64,000 nucleotides of DNA from Rhodosorus marinus CCMP1338. Its lineage: Eukaryota; Plantae; Rhodophyta. A model generated the notes under the pieces. It was not told where the DNA came from. It did no database searches and worked only from the letters and a program-made list of their open reading frames with translations. The translations under genes were made by a program, and so were the position numbers. Every line of letters starts with the position of its first letter. Positions within the stretch are counted from its first letter, which is position 1. The stretch spans positions 2,790,001 through 2,854,000 of the forward strand of contig JAMWBK010000002.1 of NCBI GenBank assembly GCA_029953675.1, in the 5' to 3' direction. This document shows positions 35,676 through 47,311 of the stretch, one piece after another.

Positions 35676-37685
35676 ATGGGGTTTGTTGGAAGTGGGAGAG
35701 GGGCCTTGCCCGGGGTGGGGGTGAGGAGGGGCGGGCGATGGGTGTGTAGATTGAGGAATGCGGATGTTGTTGTGGTCGGGAGAGGAGGAATTGGACTTTC
35801 GACGGCCTTGGAGGTGGCGAAAAATGGAGGCGATGTGGTTGTTGTGGGATCTTTTGATACAAAATCTGCGACGTGGGCTGCAGCTGGGATGTTGGCTCCA
35901 CAGGCCGAGAGGCTTGAGGAAGGGCCTTTGCTTTCCCTGTCGTTGAAAAGTCGAGAGATGTATCCGGAGTATCTGGAGTATTTGAGCGCACAATCGGGAG
36001 AGCCTGTTTGGTTGAATGACTCTGGAAGGTTCATGTCGCCTCTTCTGAATGGTGAAGAGGGAGTTCTACGGAGCCCACCACCAGCGAGAGCTGGGGAGGC
36101 ACTTTATTTCGATTGCAAGGGAATACACAGTGTAGAGCCGAGCCTGAGCGACCAGGTCGCAGGTGGATGGATCTACGGGAATGACGCCTCTGTAGATAAT
36201 CGTCAGTTGTACTCCGCGTTGCAGGCCGCCTGTGAGAGGGCAGGGGTTCAATTCATCGAAGGCAAGGTGACCGGACTGTCGATGCAGAAGGGACGAAATG
36301 CTATTGAGGCGGCCAGGCTTCAGGATGGTACGTTGATTCGCGGAGATCAATTTGTCCTGGCAGCTGGTGCCTGGTCTAGGGACCTTCTTGCAATACCTGT
36401 GAAGCCTATCAAGGGACAGATGTTGCGACTAACCCCGCCCGCACATAAAGGTCGTGATGCGTATGCCCTCGGCTCTGTTCTATTCGGGCAGTCCGTGTAC
36501 GTAGTCCCTCGACTTGATGGATCCATCGTTGTTGGCGCTACAGTTGAGGATGTGGGCTACAGAGAGGGAGTTACTGCCCTCGGGATTTCATCGTTGCTCA
36601 TGGAAGCGATTAAGCTTGTCCCGGGACTGGCTGAGTATACCATTGATGAAACCTGGTTCGGTTATAGACCGACAACTCCTGATCACATGCCGATCCTAGG
36701 CAAGACTCGATTCAGCAACGCAACCGTGGCAACCGGTCACCACCGGAACGGCATACTTCTGTTGCCAGTGACAGCCAAGATCATGGGAAACATCATAGCA
36801 GGGAAACCCCAGGCCGACGCCGAGCTGGACGGCCTTCTTCAGAGTTTCAGCTACGAACGATTCACTCGAAAAGAGGTTTTGAATGGTTCGATTCACCCTG
36901 AAGAGTTCCAGACCACGAAGATCATCTTGCTCAATAGTTCTGTTCGTGTTTGACTGCCTGTTCTTAACATACCAGGAGCCCGTCAAGGCGTACCCCCAGG
37001 AAGTGTTCAGCCTCCAAAAATCTCGGTCTCCATACGGCAAGATTCCATTGCTGTACCGGAGCAGGTCAGCATACCCGGATTCAGCGCGGAGGAGGAGGAG
37101 ATTAAGTGGAAAGACTCAGTTATGGTCTGGAAGGTGGAAAAGGATGGATCAGAAATTCCTGTGCGATACAAGGAGGACGTTTCGACTTTCAATAGAGGAT
37201 TTGGACATTTGAGTGCAGCGAGCAAAACCGGTAGAAGTGAAGCGGGGAAGACCAGTCAACCAATTGCGTCGATTCCAGCGCCAACTTCGGTGCAGGAAGA
37301 CGAAGCTCCTCTAAGCGTCAATGGCTCTTCCAATGCTTACGACGATATCATGGTGCATAGAGGTATGTTGTCGTTCCAGCTCGGATTATCACTACTGCTT
37401 AGTGTGCGATAGCCTGCCAAGAAAGTTTGGAGAAAGCTTCTAAAGCTTGAAATGATTTGTCCGCTAGACGCCGCCGAGGATGTATTTAGTGCCAACTTGC
37501 TCAAGAACAGAACCTTTGGCGTCAAGTCAACGAATTTGAACAGCAAGGGACAACCGTTGTGCATTACTGACGAGGAACTGAGGGCGTTCAACGAGGCCGC
37601 GGAAGAGGGCGTGAAAGAATTTCAGCGCCTACGGAAGGCAGCTAGAGATGACAGGGGAGACAAGCACGTAGAAGAATATTTTTAA
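35676..37685 (+). CDS. thiO: Glycine oxidase ThiO-like FAD oxidoreductase, plastid-targeted, with ~200-aa C-terminal extension; 3 exons (introns 36886-36975, 37363-37467)
   Basis: DVVVVGRGGIG, ATWAAAGMLAPQAE, AAGAWS, PVKPIKGQML, YVVPRLDGSIVVGATVE, WFGYRPTTPDHMPILG, TGHHRNGILL. Both introns keep the frame, giving a 604-aa model. Confidence 0.92.
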
Positions 37686-38399
37686 GGAACACAAACAAAC
37701 TGTGTATGACTATAATAAACATTTACATTACAGGGACTGATTCGTCAGCTGCAACCAAGTGAAGCGGCGGGAAACCGGTACATTGTGATGGATCATCGCG
37801 GAAACGATGGAAAGAAAAGTGACCTCGTAGCATTACGAGGCCAGCGAGTCATTTCGCGAGCATAACGGGATTCCCTCAGTGTACATCTAAATGCTTTTAC
37901 AACTAGAGAACCCGCCGTCCACTCCCTCATTAAAGTCCGCGGTACACGCCAGTCCTCGACTAGAGAATCGCCGGCTGGGTGGTAATCATTGCCTGTTTCT
38001 TCCTCCCATATTACTCCACGAAGATCTTCGTTGCCGTCTTGGGTCACGTCTGGGCGTCGTTTTCAACAGACTGGGAGCTGATATTCAGATGAGATCAGGT
38101 TGAAGCGGGGCTGGAGTTACAAACCATCAGCCACCTCACTCCCCGAATCTGATCCGTTTCTAGTTTCCCTTCTCCTTACGATTCTTCTATTGGTGTGTAC
38201 TGATAATATAGTAAGATGTGAATCTCGAGCATTTATCACGGCTGGTCGTAGCGGCGCCTCGGATCCAAGCCAACAGCCACCTCATTCGCCAAGTATCATC
38301 CTTTTCATGTTGCTTAAAACCGAATACTAGTACTACTGGTACATGCCTTAGCGATATCCCTGGTTCTTGAACACTAAACACTACGCTGTTTTTTCTGTA

Positions 38400-39420
38400 T
38401 ACACACCGGATCGGGGCATCATCGTACTGCAATAAATATGCTTTATTGCGTAGTACAGCTCTGCTATCATGTTGACTTATTGCAGTACAATGATGCCTCC
38501 GTTAACCGCTAGGTGTTAGCAGCGCACCACCGACGCCTGGGCTTGCATGCTTTTGGCCCTAGTACCTAGTTCACTTTCCGCCCTCTGTAGTGCTTAAGGT
38601 TGTTAGTAAACCAACCAATATGCAGGTACTGATCAAACCCCTCAGAGGCAACGTGATCCTGACATCACTAGGAAAAGTGGAAACCAAACCGTTGAGGTTC
38701 AGAGTACCAATCGCGAAGGACTTCTTATATCACGAAGCATGAATGATGGCTCCCTGACATGGAGAAGTTCGGAAGTCATTCTAGATCACGTAGAAATAAC
38801 ACGTGAAATTTGGCGATTCCAGATATCGATTAATCGCAAAGCAAGACGGACACCTGTTCTATAAATGGAAGACAAAAGATGTATGCTACACCAACCAAGA
38901 ACTCCAGAAGATAAGTAAGGCGTTCGGACACTCACCAGCGTCTGGGATCCGTAAGATTATGCACCAAGCTTAGCCTGACACGAACCCGTCGAGGCAGAGA
39001 AGGAACTCGAGAACATCCAAACGCGCGATATACGGTACGAGAAAAACGGACCCATCACGAAGCATACCTGCGCAACCAGTTCAACCCAGCAGTGTATGAA
39101 CATCAAAGACACTGGATTTGTAACAACAGGAGGTTAGCGGCTGGTACAAAGAGGAAGTTCGGGGGAATCAGGTGATCTTCTGCGATTCGTCCTTACATTG
39201 AAAACGCGGGGACACAACAGGAGAAACCGAAGCCGCGACTGGTCGTCGGTGGCCACCCAGGATCCCTAGAAAAATTACATCGCGCACTAGTTGCCAATAG
39301 CGCATTCCCACATCATCAGGAGCGCGATAGCGATAGTCGGCGTAGACGAGTGTCGCTATTTTTGTCTACCTGCAAGAATGCTTTCTGTGCCCCGTCAACA
39401 GCCTAGACTCTAGTTCCGAA
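38400..39420 (+). mobile_element. Ty1/copia LTR-retrotransposon relic (protease tail, pre-integrase His motif, RT fragment)
   Basis: 38848-38979: GHLFYKWKTKDVCYTNQELQKISKAFGHSPASGIRKIMHQA*PD. 39184-39390 with frameshifts: RFVLTLK/AGTQQEKPKPRLVVGGH/KNYIAH*...IRSAIAIVGV/KNAF, matching copia RT KARLV..G and D.KNAF. Boundaries approximate; no LTRs identified. Confidence 0.8.
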
Positions 39421-40067
39421 TCGTGGTATAATAGAATCTTGGAATTGCACTTTAGTCACCCGGGATTTCGGGGCACAATATAGGGCACTACCGCAAATGG
39501 ACATGCCCCATTGCAGATTTATTTAGTATATTCGTGAAATAGTTGTCCCATTAGTCTTTGATACAGCTAAAACACAATATTTCAAAGCCTGAATAGGCTG
39601 TACGATGCAGGATGAAAATAAATTGAATGCCGCATTGAAAAGTGCAGTATCGGACTGAAATTCATTATAAAACTGTGGACTTGCTTCTTGAGAAGCAGCA
39701 GCTTTTCGCAAGGCCCAGCAGCGCCTCCACCTCTGGAGAGGACGAGCTCCTCACCTTCAACAACAACAAAAAAATCATAGAGTCTATCTACCGAGAGGAT
39801 CGGAGAGGCAGAAGAGGATGACGCGCGAGCAAAAACAAAGCATCGGCGTTCCAACGCCAGAGATTCAGAGACAGTTCCGTACGGAGGCTGTCAGGACGGC
39901 CCAGGGGCATTGCGAAAAGCACGACGAAGTGCAGGGAGAAGCAACCACACCATCTACTAAAGCCTCTCTTCCACAACCAATCCGAAACCCCCACACCACG
40001 CATTGGGGCAAGAATTGAGGCATCAGAATCTAAACGCGCCGGATGGAATCTTGGATATGCCATAGTC

Positions 40068-41414
40068 TAAGGTGGTAACGGGGCCATAGGGCCATAGGGC
40101 CATAAAGCCAGCCCTATGTAGCTTTCGATAGGGCACCCTCACAATGAAAAAAACTCGAGCGGGGGGTACCCCCGCTCGAGGGTACCCCTCGATTCTGAGT
40201 CAATTTCATAGGGCCATAGGGCCATTTTTAATGCTCTTTCATTGCCCTATGAGGTACATATATTCTAGTTCATGCCCTATTGTTGTGTTGTTTTTGTCTA
40301 TAAAATAGGCTCTCTTGAAAAATATATTCGTATTATGAAGAAAAATCATCGCCCTATGGATATAATGAATTATTAAAATAAAATAGGAACATACATACAT
40401 AGTCTTATAGACCTTACCCGATACCGGAATAGCTTGGAGGAAAAGTTTTGAGCAGAAATTCACGGAACACTCGCTTTTCCTCTCGGTACTTAGGCTCTGA
40501 ATAAACGGATGATGATGAGCATTCGACTGCATACACGATTGCAACTTTTGAGGTACAGTCAATGCGAACCGGGCAAACAACCGTTTCACCAGCTCCCAGA
40601 ACGGATGCGGGAAAGGAAGAGTTGAAAACAAATTCTGTACCAGAAGATGTTGATGAGTTCGATTCTTCAGCACATCTTGATCCTGATCTCGGACACGATC
40701 TTAGAGGAGAAAGTCGAGCTGGGAGAAAGCGAAGAGATACTTAGCACTCCTTCTGCATCCGCTTCTCAAAGTTTTGCGTAGGCCAAGGGAAGCAATATGT
40801 AGATCGGGCAGGTCCTGAAATAATTCGAGGAATCAAAGGGCTGCAGTAGAAAGTCAATGTTCACTAAAAAAAACATGCTTCTAGCGGTACAACCTCATCA
40901 TTGTATGTTCAGACAACAAGACTGAGAGCATGAAAACTAAGACAAAAGTGGGAGTAGAAGAGGTGCTCCGCAACAGAAAGCAATGAAAATAAGGTCTCAA
41001 CGTGTGGAAAACGGGTGTGGCAAGCCACAAACCAAACATAAACACGCCAAGAAAAAGATGTCGCAGCCAGCTTGTCCGGGGAAGCTCTACAAGCACAGTA
41101 CATCTCAGCTCTCTAAACACGAAGATCTCTTCGCTTGATCAAGGGGTGCATGATACAACAAAAGCTAAAATGTCAGATTCCAAACCGCAGACGGATGCAC
41201 TGCGACCACACCTCCGCCATCGCACCGAAGAACAACTGCGCATAGGGCCATAGAGCTTGCATAGGGCTTGCATAGGGCTTGCTATAGGGCATCAAAAGTT
41301 GAGTGTGCCGGAAGGAATCGACGATTTGACTGGCATATAGGGCACATTTTTTAAGAGCAAGACCGTTGAAATTAGTTTCGTAGTATGCATAGGGCGTGCC
41401 CTATTACCACCTTA
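40068..41414. mobile_element. Non-autonomous TIR DNA transposon (hAT-like), 1347 bp, with subterminal ATAGGGC repeat clusters
   Basis: TAAGGTGGTAA at 40068-40078 and its reverse complement at 41404-41414, extending to 17 bp with 2 mismatches. 16 copies of ATAGGGC/GCCCTAT lie at 40086-40357 and 41242-41404. The core is a decayed coding stretch. No clean 8-bp TSD. Confidence 0.75.
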
Positions 41415-41817
41415 CATATGACAAATGCCAATCGGGCCAATAAGGCATCAAACCTTTGAAAATTTGCTCCGTTCGTACAATGGGGCATGCCCCATGCTCA
41501 CGTTAGTACTACTAGAGACTCTACCAAATCTGCTACTAAAATGTACTGTCGGCAAACTAAGATGTGAATCTCCAGGTTGTCTTTTTCTTTTTTTGATTGA
41601 AACGTCGATGGATAGGAAGGCTGGGACTCGAGGTAGTCAGTTGGTAGTGGTAGATCTAAAGGCAATAGTATAGAAGGGATCGGACTGACTAATGCGTCTG
41701 CTGTATTAAAGATCGATTTGATAACGAAAGTAACAACTGGACGAGCTGTGGTCAGATGGATTGATCTTGTACTAACTTGAGGATATGCTGCCGTGCTGGA
41801 CGGTATGTACGTCGAAG

Positions 41818-43631
41818 ATGGATTTTAGATCGAGAAGGTCGGCTGTGATGGGGAACAAGGGGGTGGTGGCGTCCACGCAGCCGTTAGCATCGGCTGCTGG
41901 TGCTAGGATTCTTCAGCAAGGGGGTAACGCTGCGGACGCCGCGGTTTCGATGGCCGCGGCTCTCGCCGTGACCGAGCCGGGGAGCACGGGGATTGGAGGG
42001 GACGCATTCGCCCTTTACTATGATGCGAAAACGAGAAAAGTGTCCGCAGTTCTAGGAAATGGTGCAGCTCCAATGAATGCACCTGTTCCAGAGGAAATTC
42101 GCAGACGTGGGCCTGAGTCGGTGACGGTTCCCGGAGCAGCTGCCGCCTGGGTTGATATTGTGGACAGTTTCGGAACCATGGAGATGGAAGAAATCCTCAA
42201 ACCAGCGATTTCTCTAGCGGAGGATGGGTTTCCAGTTGCACCGGTTACGGCATACTACTGGAAGGATTCTGAAACACTGCTGAGAGAAACGAACGCGAAG
42301 GCATTTCTAGTCGACGGCGAACGCGCTCCAAGAGCTGGCGAGGTGTTCAAAAACCCAGATCTCGGTCAAGTGCTCCGAAACGTCGCGTCTGATCTCAAGA
42401 AGGGCTTCTATTCGGGTCGGACCGCTGCAGCTATTTTGGATGCCGTCAACTCCCGCGGAGGCCATATGTGTACTGAAGATCTGGAGGAGCATCAAACGGA
42501 ATTTGCGGATCCAATCTCGACATCTTATAGAGGCGTTGATGTGTACGAAGTATGCCAACTCACGGAAGCCTCGATACCCTTCCTCAATCTGTGGTTGACT
42601 GTCTAGATCATTGGCAAATTCATTTTCTTGCCCACCGTTTGATGTTCACTCACATAGGTACCCCCTCCAACACATGGCATTGCAGCGCTCATGGCGATGA
42701 ATATAGCTGAAAACTTTGATCTCGTTTCCGAGGCCAGTGGCGTGCACAACTCGGGCCCACACCTCCACAAACTGGTTGAAAGCATGCGGTTGGCTTTCGC
42801 TGACGCAAAGGCGTTTGTTGCCGACCCAAGAACTGGGGAAGTGCCCGTGGACATTCTCCTTGCAAAGGACTACGCGAAAGAGCGGAGCGAACAGATTCAG
42901 GACAAGGCTCTGGAGCATGCCAACGCCGGAGACCTCTCAGCGTTCAAGCATCCCGACACCGTCTACTTTTGTGTGGTTGACGCGGATGGAAACGCGTGCA
43001 GCATGATAAACTCCGTGTTCTTTGCTTTTGGTACAGCCATAGTACCGGATGGATGTGGCTTCACGTTGCACAACCGGGGCTCCAATTTCCGCTGCGACTC
43101 GTCCCATCCAAACGCATTTCAAGCAGGGAAGAGACCCTATCATACCATCATTCCCGCGATGGCCACAAAGAATGGAGAGCTTTTCGCGGCTTTTGGCATC
43201 ACTGGGGGATTCAACCAACCCCAGGCTCAGCTTCAGGTACACCCTTGCCTCAGTTATTTATCGAAGGAGAAGCAGCTTCCCGGAAGTCTTGACCCACTGA
43301 ACCTTCCTTGTCACTTGATTGCGATTACAATCTATGCTAGGTACTGAGCAACCTTGTTGACTGGGGAATGGATGCTCAGCAGGCCTTGGACGCGCCGAGG
43401 TTTCTTTCTGGAGACGCCTTCGAAGGTACGGGTAGGCAACTGAGTCTTGAGGATGGCATAGCAGAGGAGACGGTAGAGTACCTGCGGTCTAGAGGTCACG
43501 ATACGATCAAAGTAGGCGGAAGCGGCAGGGTGATCTTTGGAAGAGGGCAGGTGGTCGTTTACGATCCGAAGACAAATGTGGCAGTAGGTGGGACAGACCC
43601 GAGAGCGGATGGAATCGTGATAGCGATCTAG
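41818..43631 (+). CDS. ggt-like: Gamma-glutamyltransferase-family Ntn hydrolase (YwrD/HpxW-like subgroup), 3 exons (introns 42550-42657, 43237-43340)
   Basis: FRSRRSAV, GGNAADAAV, VTEPGSTGIGGDAF, VYE|VPPPTHG, nucleophile context DTVYFCVVDADGNACSMINS, LHNRGSNF, GKRPYHTIIPAM, GGFNQPQ, GGTDPRADG. Confidence 0.95.
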
Positions 43632-43791
43632 ACTCCGGAGGGTGATGTACACGAAAAAAAATTAAAAGTAGAATTTAACTTAAAAGACTACAACGGACAT
43701 GCTAGAGCGAGAGCTGTCCACGATTCAACCGGATAAGGTCTTTTTCCTTACGGGGGCTACCGCCTTGTTTTGTTCTAGGGCAAGTTGAGCT

Positions 43792-46700
43792 TCAGTCAGA
43801 CTCGTCCTCATCAAGATCCTCGTCGCTCATCTCTAGGTCTTCAACAATGTCTTCCTCATCACCGTTTTCGTCCGGCCCCGAGGTACCGGCCTTCAGCAGC
43901 AACGGCCGGTCGGCCGCGGCCTCCATTTTCTTGTCGTCTTCCTCGATGTCGCTGTCAGACTCTTCTTCCGGAATATCGTCTACCTCAGTGAGACCGCTAT
44001 CAAACGCCTTCGCCTCTTCGATTTCCTTCTCGACGAGTTGTTCGCAGAACTCCTCCAGTGGCGTTCTGTCTTTTGTGAATTTCAGAGGTGATTCTGAGCG
44101 GGGCCAAAAGAGGCGATAAACGAGCCTATCAGCGCCGTCAAATGTTTGAGCCAGAGCAGACGGTTTGATTTGGCTTACCAATGCAGGAGTAGTCGGCTAC
44201 TCCTTTAACGCCAAAGTCTAACCTTGCTCGCAACGACAAAATCAGCTGACAGTTTTCTTCCGCAATCCTAACGAGCTGTCTGGCCTGCTTCGAATACGCG
44301 GGCGTGCTAACTGTTTTCCCGAACCGTCTCAATCCGGCAAGCGTCGGGTACGCTACTTCAGGCAGAGCAACGCTTCGTGAAAGCATGCTTAAGAACTTCG
44401 TTAGCAGGAGCAAACACTGAGGGAGAACAGAAACAGAAAACAAAAACATATCAGAGTAGGACATCTATGCAAACCACTACGCTCCCAAGCGCTCCCGAGT
44501 TGCAGTTCAACTCAATATCTACTGGCACATGCGGACCTGATCCACTACTCCTTCTCGAAAGTGCCTAGATTTGAGCGCATTGTCGGAGACACGAAGAATA
44601 CATCTCCAATCCAGCGGCTTGACAATTCGCTTGTCGTCGCCCTTTTCACCCCGACCATTTTTCTGTTGTTTCCTTCCTTTCTCTGCGCCTGCTCCTTTCC
44701 CCTTAAGGACCTCACGACAGTTCAAAGCTTCCAACAAAGCAGAAGCGACCGGAATGTAGACACCCGATGAACCCATGAGATCGATGAGGTATCTCGCGCA
44801 ATGAAACCGAAGCCCATAATTCCGTGGCGATGGTACCAGTCTCATAAGCCCGCTTGTGACCTGGCAAACCGGGGGAAACACAACCCACCGAGGAAGCTCT
44901 AAGCACAAGTGTTCCTCCATCCAAAAAGACAACCCTTGCCTATAGGGGGCATTACCTGCGCGTATGGATAGATCAAGGGTCGCAGACCCGACTCTTCTGG
45001 GTATGCGGAGAGAACTTTGCCCCATAGTCTGATCAAGTTGATGACTTCCCAGTTGTAAACCTAGGAAACGAGACTCTCAGGCTGAGTCTGAAAGTAGATT
45101 GCACAAACGAAAACGCATGAACGCGTCTTCAGCTCACCTTTCCCAGTTCTTCCTTGCCCTTAGAAAGGAGAGCTACACGGAGAGCAATCGCAATATCTCG
45201 AATACTGACAAACGCGATAGTATATGTCTTCGAAAGATCAACTCCAGAAAGCTCGGAGATGCAGTTAACTGCGAAGGCAATTCTTTGAAGGCTCCTCGGG
45301 TTGCATCTATTCCCGATTTCTAATCGATAGGATTTGATCATGCCTTTCAGCGCCTGAAGAAAAGCGCAAACGGTACGAGAACAAACGGGGAACGGACTCG
45401 TCAGTGAAACGTCAACGACAATAGATACCGTGACGGGTGGAAATCTTGAGCTAGAAGCCGCTCACCAGCTCCAAGTACGCGTCGGGAAAGCTGGACGACG
45501 CTGAGTGTAGTAGGAGGTAGGCTCGAATACGTGTGGGGACGTTGACGCTTTCAGAAGACCATATTCCCAGTACCGACTGGATCAGACTTTTCCCTACAGG
45601 GTTCGGATGAAGAAATCGGAAGGGAGCCATTTCCTTGTCAGCAAAGTCTTTCCGCTAGCTTGCTATTAAGTCCTATATAGATCGGGCAATGGCGCTCAAG
45701 AATCACATTCCAACTTTTGCAAGACTTGTTGAAAAGCCTCCATGACTAAAGAGAACAATGAATTGTGCTTGCAGCTCTGCTTGCCTTGTTTTGGAACTTG
45801 CGTGAGCAAGGGTAAGAGAATCTCCGCTCGCTGCAGAAGGAACCTCGCGGTTGACCCATCTGTAACTCCGTCAAGAAGATGGACGAAACTCAAAGCAAAA
45901 GACTTAATTAACGGCTGCACCTGCACATTCAAGATAACTGCCGATATCAGGTGGGGAAACACATTTCAAGCGCATCCGTTTTCTCCGAGAGGGGCCTAGA
46001 TGGTCGTACTTTCTTCCATCGAGAGCTAGAGCTATCTGGCACCCAGCTCGAGCTGGCCCCTTCCTTTCTGCCTGAGGCTGATGAGAGGAAGGACAGAACT
46101 TTGACTACAGAGACCGTCATCACACGTTGGTAAACTCGGGGGGATGCAAATTTGACGTCACCACCGAAAGTAGAGCCGGCACTGATGCCTTCGGTATCTT
46201 CATCCTCATCGAGCTGCTTTCGCTTCTGTTTCTTGCGTTTGGTTGTTTCGGTGAGATGACAGCCACTGCGAAATGCTCGGAGCAGCTTTTTTGCTGAAGT
46301 GAATGCTTCTCTCGGTCGTTTCCTCAGTCCATCTTCCAATGACTTCACAATGCGTGTGGTCATTAAAAGAGTCTCCTGTACATGATCTCTTTCAGCGTCC
46401 TTCTGGGGTTTATCGTCGTCATCACTGAGCTCCACTTCTTCTTGATCATCGTCTTCTTCACCATCACCTTGCTCCTCATCGTCCTCTTCAAACTTCAAAA
46501 GGTCTTCGTCATTCTCGACAAGATACTGATAAAATTCTGGGTCAGACTGTTTCAACTTTTCCAGTTCTAGGCGGTGGTCCTTCATGGACTTCCCAGTAGT
46601 TGTCTCTTGATCGTCATCCTCAGCAGAACCTTGGTCGGCCTCCTCCATCTCCTCATTTTCACCTTCATCCTTGTCGTCTCGTGCAACCAGGGATCCAATC

Positions 46701-46813
46701 GCGTCGAACAACTGATCTACATCCATCGTTTTCATCTTGGCAGGAGTAAGCTCTCCGATTCCCGCCTCTTCGGCTCTCACCGCAGAGGAAGAACTCCTTT
46801 TCCGCTTTCCCAT
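43792..46813 (-). CDS. NOC2: Nucleolar complex protein 2 homolog, multi-exon
   Basis: HRLELEKLKQSDPEFYQYLVENDEDLLKF; PVCQVTSGLMRLVPSPRNYGLRFHCARYL...YIPV...LLEAL; SVALPEVAYP; acidic N- and C-terminal tails. Confidence 0.93.
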
Positions 46814-47311
46814 CCTGTCCACCCTACTACAGCCAAAAACTAAAGCGATACCCCTATCCGTACCAGTCCGTAATTTATACCCACAAGCCTCAAGCCTCAA
46901 AAAAATCCTCTACGACAGTGAATAAAACCAGTCCTAGAAAGAAAACGTCTTCCAAAACACATCCTCGTCCGGCCCCCTTCCCACTCCCCTAATATCCAAG
47001 GCGTATCCTACGACCCAACACACAAACGCAAGAAGAATTCCTCTCAATCAACTCTTGAGACGGCTCCCTCTGACCTCTCCTTGCGCTTCTACCAGTGCAG
47101 AACTATCCAACGTCTCTGTCAGCCCCTCACGCTCCAGTGAAAACGAAGAGGAAAGTTTCCCATTCCTCATACAGTCTAAGCTTTCGCCCGCAATAAATTT
47201 ACCTCCAAAGACCCCGTTCATCAATCAATCCATTTTCATCGGACCCACGTCCGGTGAGCATCAATCATTATATTTAATATAATAGTGAAGTAAATCGATT
47301 ATGCAGTCGTT

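Noticed and set aside
36880-36900. tRNA T-loop-like GGTTCGATTC
   Set aside because: No T-stem pairing or cloverleaf; it is the 5' splice site of thiO intron 1.
36860-37685. ThiO-ThiG fusion as in cyanobacteria
   Set aside because: The extension has no recognisable ThiG motifs (e.g. the LMIGTGKY-type N-terminus) and is largely low-complexity.
40081-41404. CRISPR-like or iteron array from ATAGGGC repeats
   Set aside because: The repeats are 7 bp, irregularly spaced and in both orientations, in a eukaryotic context with no cas genes. Better explained as transposon subterminal repeats.
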